Both the position numbers and the translations under genes were made by a program. Under the pieces are notes generated by a model. It was given only the letters and a program-made list of their open reading frames with translations. It made no database searches and had not been told where the DNA came from. A stretch of 64,000 bases of DNA, from contig OZ004608.1 of assembly GCA_963924565.1 (NCBI GenBank), positions 5,394,001 to 5,458,000 of the forward strand, written 5' to 3'. Numbering within the stretch: the stretch's first letter is position 1; the number at the start of each line of letters is the position of its first letter. Of the stretch, positions 51,810 to 64,000 are shown one piece after another. Source of the DNA: Ascidiella aspersa (Eukaryota).

Positions 51810-52750
51810 GTGTAATTTAATATTTAGGTGTACGTCTTGTTTTGTGTAGCCGAGCGTTTGTTTATCCAGTTGCTGTGCGTTACCAATATTCCCACCTTGC
51901 TTTTAAGATCTTTTGATTGCTTTTTTGCGTGGGCGTGTCAAGGGGGTGTGCGATGCCATGGGAGCGCAATTTCAGTTTTTTCATTGCTTCTAAAGACTGC
52001 GTGATACGACTTCAACCGGTATATATTTTGTTTGTGTTTTTGGAATTTTACGTAGGCGTAACATATAAAGCATATAAATCTCGCCGAAATATCAGGTATT
52101 TGGATTTCCTTAATCTGCGGTATATATTTACTCCGATGTTGTGTGCTATATTAATTTTTCATGGTAGCACAATCGAATCAGCCAGGCTTAAGCATAATAA
52201 CATACTCATAAAAAATATACATAAACCATCCAATAAAAATGAAGTCTATATCCCGATGATCTAACATATATTCTTACCAAAAAACAAGTCAAATTGTAGC
52301 GATTACTTGTTGAAATTTACCGAAAACCGCCATCACGTTAAATCAAGCAGGACTAATCAATAGGGTCGTCATTGGTGTTGATGTCAATCTGTCACTATTC
52401 CACCTTTCTTCGGCAGGTCTCAATAGGTCTTTAAATAAAACGAACAAAATGAGACGTGTTGAGTCAAATTTTGTTTCATAGTTCTTGTTTAATGTTGGCA
52501 ATTGTACGATGTTTGTGTAACGAGCGATGCCGCGACCAGCATCATTTCCAGATGCCCAAGGAAATTTCTAGCTTAACAGGCAAAACGAAGAAACATTCAT
52601 TTTACAAACTTTCAACTGTGCGCATCCCTAACAAAACTAAGAGCGCCATCTTTTGCTGCGATATCATCTCCTCGATATGTTGTGGAAGTTTGCGTTTAAT
52701 CCTAAAAATATTTTTGATCAGGTGAACCGCCCTCTGTTAACACCCTAACC

Positions 52751-53172
52751 CAGTGTTGAAATAAATCAATGATTTGACTTCAGTGCACTAAAGTCGTCGT
52801 CTTCAAATGACTTAACTTGACCTACGTCTATTGACCAAGATGAGTTGACTTGACTTAAGTATTTCGAATATATGACTTGACGTACACTAGAGTCATTCTG
52901 TTAAAAAAACTTGAGTTTAAATTAAGTGTTTCAATAAAATAGTTCCCAATATAACTTGTTGCTTTACCTCAACCGTTGCAAGAAACAATTTTGCTGACTG
53001 TGTATTGCGGTTTTGTTATTTTTAGTTGAGGTATTGCCCGTAAGTCGGACGAGTTGGATTTGCTTTTATAATGGCTTGACTTCCTGTTATAATGGCTTGG
53101 CATCCAATGACTTGCACTGGGATAAAGCTTGTCTCGGACTTATGTCATTTCAAAATGACTTATTTACAACTG
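52751..53172. mobile_element. hAT-type MITE (GACTTGACTT-rich) with 8 bp TSD CCCTAACC
   Basis: CAGTGTTGAAATAA...TTATTTACAACTG flanked by CCCTAACC at 52743-52750 and 53173-53180. Relatives at ~31405-31757 and ~54445-54899. Confidence 0.8.
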
Positions 53173-54078
53173 CCCTAACCTGAAAACGCCGTTTCGCATA
53201 CATGCCACAGTGGCTGCCGCTTTGAAAATACGGTTAAATGACGCTTCATACCGCTACCTGTTGGTGTTCGTCGTAGGCCTACATAACAACTGCGATCGGA
53301 TGTGGATTTTTGGACAGGTCAAGATATCCACACTGTTCGAATTTTAAGTGTATAAAGTGAAAGGTAAATGTTCTTATAAAAATTAAAGACCGCAAGTTTC
53401 TAAGTTTTATCCTACTGTGTTGCATCTTAATTTACAGTTGTGGACTGTGTAAGGTTGTTTTACACGACTCAAGGTTGTTTTACCATGCATAGTACAACGG
53501 TAATTAACCTATAGAGAACCAGAAAAAAGTGAACAATATTCAAGAAAATCATTTTCGTTGGGCATTAATGCTTTATTCAAATCCATTCTATCTGATAATA
53601 TAAAAACACCATATGTTGTGTTTTTCGTAGGAGGGATGGATATAACCGAAAAGGGTAAGATTTTAGGCAGACGCGTTATTTACCTAAGAAAGAATGACAC
53701 AGTGAAGCGGCGGACCGTATCCGTGACAAAGCACTTTTGTTACATCACAATCCAGCTGAAACATATCACCTTTCAGCTCAATAAAAAGAGCATTTTTTCC
53801 TCTAAATTTTCCCCCTAGAGTCCCAGTGTTAAAATATTATTGACGAAACTGTCGCCTTGGCAATGCGTCAGTATTGAGTTTGGGCTACAAAAGTGGGTAT
53901 AGTATAAAAGTTTCAAAAATAGGTTCGATTTTGTTTAACGTAAGTCACATAATAAGTTAACAGGATTTTGTAGGGGTACCGCTTTAACATGGTCTTAAAT
54001 AAGTATTGTACATATGTGGGTTTATATTTTGTTATTTGTTTATGAGACATTGTGAAGTAATTTGTGAAAAACAAACTA

Positions 54079-54281
54079 GGGCGCTGGTCAAGAATCTTAA
54101 AAATACGAAAATTTTTTTGGTTAGTGTGGTTAGCGTTTGAGTTTAGATAGGTTAAGTAGTATTATTAAATAATGATATTTGACCAACCTTCACCCAAACA
54201 CTAACCGATGCCCTAACTCAAATATTGTGCGTTGCTTCAATAATTGTTTCAAAACTGTGGTAGGATTCTAGACCAGCGCCC
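54079..54281. mobile_element. MITE with TIR GGGCGCTGGTC.AGAATC and flanking direct repeat AAACTA
   Basis: GGGCGCTGGTCAAGAATC ... GATTCTAGACCAGCGCCC, with AAACTA on both sides. Confidence 0.8.
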
Positions 54282-56291
54282 AAACTAGAATAGACAGGAT
54301 TTAAAATTTTGGCCTATAGTTATCAGTGGCGAAAACCCGTTATTTTCATATATAAGAGATAATGTATTATTGCGAGAAAACCTAAAAGTAAAAAATGGTT
54401 AAAACGATCTAATGCTCATATAAATTTAATTTAAAATTGTAGACAAGTGTTGTAATCACTTGAGCAAGTGCACTTAATTCATTGTTTTCAAATCACTTGA
54501 CTTGACTTGAGTCTTTTAGACGAGCGACTTGACTTGAACCTAAGCCACTGTGTTTTAAATTGGGTTAAAATTTAAAGTTTACAATAAAATTGATTTTCTA
54601 ATCTCAAATGTTGTACGTAAACAATTTGCTTGCTATATGTTATGCTTTTCAGTTCTTTAATTAAGATATTTCTCATGAAGGCCAGTTTAAAATGTTTATT
54701 AATTTCATGTTTTATTTTAAATTCAATTGCTTGACTTGAAGTTGGCTTGTTCTAACAAAGACTTTTCTGGGAATGTAGTTGGACAATTAATAAGGTGGAC
54801 TGGGGTTTGACTTGTTTGCAAACGGTTGGACTTGAACTTAATTGTTTTTTCAATCGACTTGACCGGGACATTTCATAACCACGTGTTTACAACACCACTA
54901 TAGATAGACTTCGATTAAGTAACTGTTTTTTTGCTTCGTTATATTAGGGAAATAGAAAAGTACACTAGAATTACCTCCAGTAGCCCAAGTAGCAGAAAAT
55001 GGAAAGACTACACAGCACAGCCGAAAAACATGTTTTGGCCTTTTTGGGTTGCAATTTTGCAATTTTAGCTTTGCGTCACTCGATATGCGTTCACGCGTTT
55101 CCGGCAAGAATGTCAGCAACAACAACGCTGCACAGTGTGTTGTTTAGTTTCGTTGGAGGAACATAAGCTATATGACGTTTCATTTCTAAGTTAAATGTGT
55201 AAGACAGCACAAGACAGACAGAGATAACTTTACTTTAAAAAAAAAAAATGTTAAATGAAATGAAGTCTTATAACTCCATTCAGTGCTAAAAGGTTTTATT
55301 TTTAACTAAAGCCTTCTCTTCTCTTTTTCTTTTGAAAAGTAGATTGCTTGAATATACACCAATAATTCAATTGGGCCTTCATGGACCCCTTAAAACTAGT
55401 TCACGTACCCCCAAAGGGTCAACGGACCCAAGTTTACGAACTCCTGGGCTAAAACCATTTTACAAAATAAGCTTAGACAATTACTACTGAACAAAGATAT
55501 CACATATTAGCGAAATTTTAAATTAGGAAAAATTCCAGTTTTGGAGAGGGTCTATACCCACTGGATTCGTCTCTTTATCGCACATTTCTATTTATAGCTT
55601 GCAGATTTAGTTTGGGGCAATTCTGTTCGATTTTTCATTTGTTTGCAGTAGAGTAACTTGGTTAAGAGCTGAATAATCCCCCAAAGGCTAATCATATTAT
55701 TTTTCCTGGTGTGATTTATTATGCACATTTTGCCACAATCCTGCTTGCAATGTTTCGTTTTTAGAAACGTCAGATTGTGTCTACCAGAAGATGATAGTAT
55801 ACAACTTGACGTGATACAAATTATACATACTTGAATATATAATGCGATAAAAAACAAACACGTATATCTCATGAATTATTTGCATTATCTCGGTTCGGTA
55901 ATTCAACATCACCTGATTTTGTATACTTGTGGTTATACACAGCTATAGTGTAGGTGGTGAAAAGCTATAGATGCGAAAACCAATTGCGAACATAGAAAAG
56001 CACGCAGACGAGGCGATAAACATATAAACGTTGAATGCGCATTTATCTTTATATTGAAATTTCGTTGAAAATGATTTTCGTTAGGTATTTCAAGAATCAC
56101 ATAACGACAAACTATGACTAATTATTACAGGAGCACGATTAGGTAAATTATTTGTTAAACAATAGACAGAAGCAAACGATTCGATACTGATAAACATTGT
56201 TAATCGCATATTTTTCAATATTGCGTTAAAGCGGATATATCAAAGATCAGCGAATTAAAGTGTTGTATTTTGCTGCACAATGCGAAGATTG

Positions 56292-56885
56292 CTACCAAGT
56301 ATACTTCCATCCACCGGGGTTGACGCAACGACTAACCCATCTCACCAAGCCAGGCCCGAAAGTTTTTGCCAAGTAAATGGCAGCTTCGTTCAAAGTAATT
56401 TTATTCGTTGAAGTAATTAAACCATGAACACCTTCACCAGAAACATCATATTGTTTCACCTTCACATGCGTCTCAACCTTCCAAGAGCCATTTGATTCCA
56501 CATAACCGCAGCACTGTTCCATTCCTTGGCCCCGAAGAGTGAAGGCGATATTCTTCATCATTATATCGCTGTATTCGGACACGAATTCGCTTTCACTTTT
56601 TTCAATCGATTCAGCTCCGGTGATAGTTCGCTTCACAGCCCATTTCGCGTCTTTCCAGTAAGAAGGAATGGCCTGGCTGTCTGAGACCTTCAGCAATCCA
56701 CAAGTTCCAGCCAGCTGATTATCATCATAATCGTCATTTTCGTCGTCGTTGTGAACCGGCCCAAACTCCACGTGCCACATTGTTCCGTCCACCATTCCCT
56801 TCTCCGAGTACAAAGCTTCGTTTCCGTTTTCGTACTGCGGTCGAATCCTCTCAACGGGAAAGGTGAAATGCCACACTTCCTCCAT
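56292..56885 (-). CDS. Orphan family type E copy 2, 197 aa
   Basis: ATG at 56885; paralog of 41371-41964 with a Q-like N-terminus. Confidence 0.88.
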   Translation of the reverse strand: MEEVWHFTFPVERIRPQYENGNEALYSEKGMVDGTMWHVEFGPVHNDDENDDYDDNQLAGTCGLLKVSDSQAIPSYWKDAKWAVKRTITGAESIEKSESEFVSEYSDIMMKNIAFTLRGQGMEQCCGYVESNGSWKVETHVKVKQYDVSGEGVHGLITSTNKITLNEAAIYLAKTFGPGLVRWVSRCVNPGGWKYTW

Positions 56886-57336
56886 TATTATCTTTATCGG
56901 AACAGCAGCAATCAACCAATAAAGGTTTTTTTTCAACAATTGAAAAATTCCTGCATGACCAAAAATGTGGAGCGAGTTAAAGCCAACTAAATGCAGCCAG
57001 AAAAGACTTAAAATAACTCAAGAAAAACGATTCTGACTATAAGAAAATGCCAAGCTTAAACCAGGGATTCGAACCGTCGATCAGGATTTTTAAGAACGGT
57101 TTTGAGCTAATTTGTTAAGTCTGAGCTGATTTATGCGAGATTTTTGTGAGTCGAACTGGATACGGAACCGTTGTATTAACAAATGGTCTTTCGGCTGTAT
57201 AGCGTTGTTAAATTGATATACGATGTCGTATTGCTTATATACATATATGACGTCATGGCTGTGTGTCAACATTTGACGTCGCCTTCCAGCAAAAAATCGA
57301 TTACGCCTTATAGCGATCCTAATTAAACCTATAGAT

Positions 57337-58401
57337 CAGGGGTTCCCAACCTGTGGTACGCGAAGGGTTTTCAGGTGGTACGCGAGTAGCTTCCTTTTTT
57401 CACAAAAACCTGAATTCACAATTTGTATTTTGTTTATCTGCTTTTGTTTGCAAAAATATCTCCCTATTCATTGTTACGTAACCATCCCTTTTGTTTCGTA
57501 TCGTAGCGATCTTCAAAACACAGGTCGAATTGTCAACAAGTCAAGAAGCACAGTTGTTTTGAAAAGCTGTAGGCTACAACGCTGTGGGACAGTGGGCGTC
57601 AATTATGTCAAATGATTGTTCTTGATAGATGAACTACTGTTTTATAGCTTAATCTACAAAATGCTAGTTGTAAGATAAAAATATGCTTGGGTCGAATTAG
57701 TTGTTCTGCAAGAAGTGGTACGTGTGGCCCAGATTGGAAACTTTGGATATTGCGCGGGGGAGATGTTTTGCAGCTGAAAAAATGCGCGGCTGAAAATAAA
57801 ATTTCGACTTGAACTTGCGCGGCTGAAAATAAACCATCAGGTTACCGAAAGTTGTAAATTGCGAATTTATATTAAACTTACAGGTTTACAGCGTTAATAG
57901 AATACTTGAATCACTGCGCAATTTTTGGTTGGTGTGCGGGCGCAGGTAAATATTTAAAAAGCTGGATAGTGTAGCATTTAATATGCAATATTACTCGATA
58001 TTGCCTAATTTGACGTCACTATGCACGTGACCGTTGTCCACTAATGCGTGACCAAAACGCCGAACTGTGCGGTTTTAGCGTTTCGCAGAGGATTCTATAT
58101 GATGCAATATATTATATGCGTCTTATAGACTAGCGTTAAAAAAATGTTATGCAACTTCAGTATACGGCCCGCCAATTTTTTTTGTGCTTTTTAAGTTTCA
58201 TACAGAAGTTTGCGCGGCTGAAGTTTTGCGCGTTTGCTCGAGTCAGATTTGCGCAGCTGAACACATTTTCTATAAAATGCGCGGCTGTGACCGCGGCTGA
58301 AAGTGCTACTGCGATAAATCCCCCGCGCAGGCCAAACTTTCCAACCTGGCAGTACAGATCGTCCAAGTGGTACGCGATCGTAAAAAGGTTGGGAACCCAT
58401 G
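57337..58401. mobile_element. hAT-like MITE (CAGGGGTTCCCAACCT...AGGTTGGGAACCCATG) with a nested second TIR element (~57722-58355)
   Basis: 16 bp outer TIR with GTGGTACGCG subrepeats. Inner TIR CCAGATTGGAAACTTTGG..TGCGCGGGG / CCCCGCGCA..CCAAACTTTCCAACCTGG with GCGCGGCTGA repeats. Confidence 0.85.
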
Positions 58402-59310
58402 CCATATCTACTCCAATTGTTACTTTAGAAGCGCTTACGAATTCTGCAGCCTTTCGTGTGTAAGTTGTTGAGTCAATTAATAATTTCGCGGTTTATGAAA
58501 CACTTGGTTTTGGCCCGCGACTGGAAAATAGTTGCCGACCCCTGGTATAAGTTATGGTTAAAATCGGTATATCAGTTTGTTTTAGGGTTTGACTCGTGCT
58601 ACCCAAGTATTGGACGAAAACCGATATTGCCACTCTTTAATAATCTCGGGCATCCATATTCCTCTTACAATTCCACACCCTTACGCAAGAGGCTCAAGTT
58701 GAATTTATCTGTTTATTAGGCTTCCTAATAAATCACAATGAATCGATATAATTATAACTATCCATGACTATAATATGACCGGGAACTTAGTTTACAGAAT
58801 GTGAACAATCACGACGATTTAACAAGTAAATTTTATTGTTTAAACAGCTATAATTCATACACACTTGAATATATAATGCGACAAAAAACAAACACATACA
58901 TCATATGAAATATTTACTTTATCTCGGTTCGGTAATTCAACATCACCTGATTTTGTATACTTGTGGTTATAAACAGCTATATAGTGTAGGTGGTGAAAAG
59001 CTATAGATGCGAAAACCAATTGCGAAAATACTAAAGCACGCAGACGAGGCGATAAACATGCAAACGTTAAGTGAACAGTTATCTTTATATTTAAATTTCG
59101 TAAAAGCAAGGTTTTCTTTAAGTATTTTAAGAAGCACATAACGAACAAATACAAATAACCATTTCAGGAGCACGATTAGGTAAGATTATGTGTTAAACAA
59201 TAGACAGAAGCAAACGATTCGATACTGATATACATTGTTAATCGCATGTGTTTCAATATTGCGTTAAAAGGGATATATTAAAGATCAGCGAATTAAAGTG
59301 TTGTATTAGG

Positions 59311-59895
59311 CTAAGCTTGCTGCCAAGAGTTTCTCCACCCTCCTGGATTGACGCAACGGCTAACCCATCTCACCAAGCCAGGCCCAAAAGTTTTGGCCAA
59401 GTAGCTGGCAGCTTGGGTCAAACCAATTTTATTCGCCGAAGTAATTAGACCGTGAACACCTTCACCAGAAACATTATAATGCGTCACCGCGCTATGCGTC
59501 TCAATCTTCCAAGAGACATTTGATCCTACATATGTTTCGTCACGACCGCAGAACTGTTCCATTCCTGGGCCCCGAAGTGTGAAGGCAATGTTCTCCATCA
59601 TTGTATCGCTGTAATCAGAACGGAATGCAACTATTCTATTTTCCGTGTCGCGAGCTTCTGTGAAAATTCGGTTTACAGCCGATTCCGCGTCATTCCAACA
59701 AGACGGAATGGGTTGGCCGTCTGACACCTTCAGCAATTCACAAGTTCCAGCCAACTGAGTACCACTGGCAGAAAACCTCACGTACCACATTTTTCCATCT
59801 AGCATCCCGCATTCCGAGTACAACGCTTCGTTTCCGTTTACGTACTGCTGTCGAATCCTCTCAACAGGAAAGGTGAAAGGCCACACTTCCTGCAT
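59311..59895 (-). CDS. Orphan family type Q copy 3, 194 aa
   Basis: ATG at 59895, open frame. Confidence 0.88.
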   Translation of the reverse strand: MQEVWPFTFPVERIRQQYVNGNEALYSECGMLDGKMWYVRFSASGTQLAGTCELLKVSDGQPIPSCWNDAESAVNRIFTEARDTENRIVAFRSDYSDTMMENIAFTLRGPGMEQFCGRDETYVGSNVSWKIETHSAVTHYNVSGEGVHGLITSANKIGLTQAASYLAKTFGPGLVRWVSRCVNPGGWRNSWQQA

Positions 59896-61290
59896 TATTA
59901 TCTTTATCGGAACAGCAGCAATCAACAAATAAATGGTGTTTTTTTAAACAATTGAAAAACTACCTGCCTGATTAGAATAGTAGAGCGAGTTAAAGGTAAA
60001 CAAATGCAGCGACACATTTGAGTCAGCCATTTTAGCTTTTAGCAAACAGGTTATTTTCCAACCGCTAGAATATCCCTGCAATAAAAAAAATAGAAGATGC
60101 TATTCACGGCCTCTGAAAGAGGTCACGTGATTTTACTTGGCTTCACTTATTTCAAAATCACCGTTTCTTTTATGCGCCAAATCGCACAAACTGAATTTAC
60201 TGTTAGAAAAATATGTCGACAAATTACCAATTTATGCAAAAGTTCAGTGCTGCGGAGTTGCCTTTAAAATTTCCGTTTAAGGATTTTTTTGGAATATCGT
60301 CAGTTAAATGGCACATCTTAGCTGAAACTCCCAACTTAATTATATCGCTTGATTTCTGGCATCAGCTGCAGCCCGATATTATAGTCTATACAGCTGTCTC
60401 AGCTAGGCTCGGCTCGCAAATTAAAGTATATTTAGTTTTTCCACATAAAATGTTAAAATGTCAACTATTAACAATGTTCATACTGTTCTGGCACCGTGTG
60501 AGTTTTGTATGATACAAAAATAACTAAACGAATACAACTGGCGTTACCGGGTGAAATAGAGTTTTTGCGGTGACTTATAAAGGACTTCTAGCGTTGCCTC
60601 GGTGATATTAAATAAACACCACTGGGCGTTACAAATGCCTGACATCGGGTTTCTTCTCTCCATAGAAAAGAAGGTAGTGGAACAAAAACACGCTACAAAG
60701 CTACACTAAACAACGAAGGCGTGCCCTGTTGAGCTGTTGAGAGAGTTGGCGAATAGAAATCAATCGGCCGTGACCAAAAAATGACTCTTCATCAGTACCA
60801 CTTCACCACTATTGCACACTATGCTGTAACATATAACCTATACACGATAGAGCAAAGACGAAGTGAGCTACACAACAGGACAAAGAGATTGAGAAGCGCA
60901 ATAAATCAAAACGCCACTTAGTTTAATGACTCTTTTGGTAAAGTGTCATTTCCACCGTTCGATGTCGCCCTTGAGTACAATTAATTAACCGCGATCAAAT
61001 GGCTGAACATTAATCTGGGCATGGCTGAACATTAATCGGTATTTCAAAAGCAAATTTTGCAAACGTTTGTTCAATGTGAACTGTTAGTCTACTATTAAAT
61101 TCGTCCTAAGTTAATAGGAATTTATTAACAAATCAAGCCCGGAATCTTTGCATTGGGTACGAAATAGGAAGTGAAAGAACTACAAACTTAAAAACTCGAG
61201 AAATATTGCATCGTTATTCACTTCATACTGGCCTACTATTCCAAGAGAAAATATTTGAGATTAAATAACTTCTATATAACTTGTTTCTGT

Positions 61291-61590
61291 TTAATGTCGC
61301 CGACCGACTTGTTGCTGTTTAATGTCGCCGACCCCTATGAGATTTTTCTTTATAGCCGATTCGGCGTCTCGCCATTCGGACGGAATGGCTTGTCCATCTC
61401 TCATCTTTATAAACTGGCAATTTCCGGCCAGAAGATTACTGTTATTTTCGACTGGGGCAAACTTAATGTACCACATCTCGTAGCAAGCCATTCCGTCTGT
61501 TTCAGAGTAAAAAATTTCGTTTCCGAATTCGGAATCAAATGCCCTTTCCTCAATGGAACAGGTAAAGTGCCACACATTTGTGTCAGCCAT
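61291..61590 (-). CDS. Orphan family type B copy 3, 99 aa N-terminal-half protein (or truncated pseudogene)
   Basis: ATG at 61590 (AAAATGG); same structure as 46506-46805. Confidence 0.55.
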   Translation of the reverse strand: MADTNVWHFTCSIEERAFDSEFGNEIFYSETDGMACYEMWYIKFAPVENNSNLLAGNCQFIKMRDGQAIPSEWRDAESAIKKNLIGVGDIKQQQVGRRH

Positions 61591-63349
61591 TTTAGCTTTT
61601 AGCAAACAGGTTATTTTCCAACCGCTAAAATATCCCTGCAATAAGAAAGAGAAGATGCTATTCACCTGGACGCGAAAGTAGTTACAATCGATATATAAAT
61701 AGTCACGGGAGCAAGCGTAAAAAAGCGATACGGCCAAATAGCCTATAGGCACTTCCTAGGGCTATTTACCCGGTCAATAAAGTAATTAAATCAATTTCGA
61801 AATAAGTCGTTGAAATTATTCAAAATTACAATGTAATACTACCACCTCTCAAACCCAAACCCTAAACCCAACCTTAATCGAAATCAATGAATAATCACGC
61901 ATCCGGTCATACAGCCACTTCCTTACGAAATTTTCCTAAACGACAAAACAAACGTAGGAAACGCTTCTTTTTAATCGAAAGGTATAAAGCTAGATAAAGT
62001 CTCCGAGCACGAAACATTTTTTCTAAAATCCCGAAAAGCACCATTAGTTTAAATACTTGAAAAACATTGGAAAATCGGTTCCATACGTTCCCTGTATAAT
62101 CCCACCATTCGCCTGTGTGAAATAGCTCTTTTCAGCTTTTGCTTTTTTTCAGCTTTTTTGCGCCGTAGTAAATCTTATCGTAGGTGCGTGTTGTTGACCT
62201 TACAAGTTTGCTTGACCTTAGCGCGACGCCAACCCTAGCCAATCAGCGGCCTCTGAAAGAGGTCACGTGATTTTACTTGGCTTCACTTATTTCAAAATCA
62301 CCGTTTCTTTTATGCGTCAAAATCGCACACAGCGAATTTACTGTTAGAAAGACATTTGGGCAAATTACCAAATTTTGCAAAACTTCAAAGTAACAGCAAT
62401 TTTTGCCATAGATTCTTTTTTTACGTATGCCTAAACATTACACTGCCTGACAGCGCATGCCTTTGCTCTAATGTTTTGCCCACTTCGTGTTTACTTTATC
62501 GTCGAAGGTTAATTTCTGACTGAGGTAGGAACACGTAGAACTGCTCGAGCATGACGGCGACCGTAGTCACGTGATAACAAACATTGGTAAAACTATAGTA
62601 TATTAAAACAGTTTTAATATACTTTAGTAAAACATTCTGCGTACCGCCTGAATAACCCTTGCGTGTCATTATAGCCAACTCAGCAGATTGGCCTTAAGCT
62701 GTGTAGTAGCATATCGCATTACACCATCTAAGTGTCCATCGGTGAGCTGACTTTTGTTTCTTGTTTCTTCACACTAAGTTATATAATTATGTGAATGCCA
62801 GCTACGAGTAATTGTTAGTTGTCGTAATTTTCCTTATTTTATTTTAAGTTTCCCTGCATGTGGATTTTTGACACATGATTTGTGATTTTAAAAAAGGAAC
62901 TATTTTTCTTTTATAGCCCCATATTAAATTGGTTTACACATTGTCATGTAACATCGCGGTTTTAATACCATGATAACGAAATTAGAACATTGTTCATCTG
63001 TTACAATTATTTGGAGACCACTAGGTATGTGTTAAACTCTGTAATACAAACCATTTATGACCAAATTATTATGAATATGAACATCCGCAACAGACTACTT
63101 CCACGTATTCCGGCAAAGTTGCACAAAATTGACCACACGTCATTGTATATACTCTATGTGCACCTTTTTATTAAATTTTAATTTGAAATTGTGAGTTGGG
63201 CATTTTGCTTAACTCTGGAACCTGGTTTAGAGTAATAGTTTGGTTATCATTAAATTGTCGTCACAATTTTTCCAAACAGACCGAATAGTTTCTGTTCTCC
63301 ACCTTTAAATTGTAGCGAAGTGACACAAATTATACTTTTGTTAAATTAG

Positions 63350-63481
63350 CAACGTCAATGGAGAAAAGACCTAACCGCCAATGTAGACACCATGTTTCAA
63401 TGGAGAGGAGTGGATGTACAAACAAAAGGCATCTGGATTTCCAGGAAACCACTTTGGATCACATTGGATGATGGCGTGAAG
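63350..63481 (+). CDS. Atlastin/GBP-family GTPase copy 3, G2 exon (gene continues beyond the window)
   Basis: Matches exon 21852-21983; flanks are colinear with 20130-22505. Confidence 0.85.
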
Positions 63482-64000
63482 GTAAGCTTGATTAATTTAC
63501 AAGAAAATCCGATAAGCTTTGACTTGCGTTTCAAATAAAGTGCACCAACTTAACTTTTGCCACTCAAACTCTAATAATATACTTGTGAACAGCACATAGA
63601 AAGCCTTTAGGAATAACACAACAATAACTACTGGGCAACAACATCTAAATCAAAAAAATTATAATACTATAGTAGTCAGCCCAACGATATAATAAAGCCA
63701 AATACACAGTAATATCCACGACAGAATAAAATCTAAATTGTCTGAATATAAACCAGACCAGTCGGAACACGTCTTTTCATCGAAATAAGGCGTAAATGTC
63801 TATAAATAACGCCTGGAACAGTTAGTTTGACCGGCCCGTTTAGTTTTTTTCGAATTTTTTGTCCCTGTTAATGGTGGAAAGTAATGGTAGAAGTTAGAAC
63901 TTGGTTTAGTGTTGAAATTATTAGGGGAGTTAGTGATGTACTTAGGGGTGAGGGTTAGGTAAAAGGTTGTATAGGTTTGTTCTGAACATTTAGGTCTATT

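Overview
Eukaryotic, AT-rich, intron-containing DNA from an invertebrate animal. The short introns and MITE-dense spacers look tunicate-like, but that is inference. Two contigs are joined by a 200-N gap (25415-25614). The window is a segmentally duplicated cluster with three gene types. (1) Ten minus-strand copies of an unrecognised family with an uninterrupted coding region: six intact 194-201 aa copies, one frameshifted full-length copy and three ~95-99 aa N-terminal-half copies. They fall into four sequence types (A, Q, E, B) and show patchwork exchange between paralogs. (2) Three partial plus-strand copies of a spliced atlastin/GBP-family large GTPase gene with an apparently duplicated helical bundle and a C-terminal membrane anchor. 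(3) One spliced minus-strand RIPK-like non-RD (HGD) protein kinase. A ~5.85 kb tandem triplication lies on the left and a ~15 kb [E-Q-B-GTPase] module repeats on the right. Introns and spacers hold hAT-type and other MITEs, a TIR element carrying a tRNA-derived Pol III unit, and Penelope-type hammerhead ribozyme motifs. The best candidate for a new system is a rapidly diversifying, probably innate-immune cluster of orphan family + GBP/atlastin-like GTPase + RIPK-like kinase. Its function is inferred, not shown.
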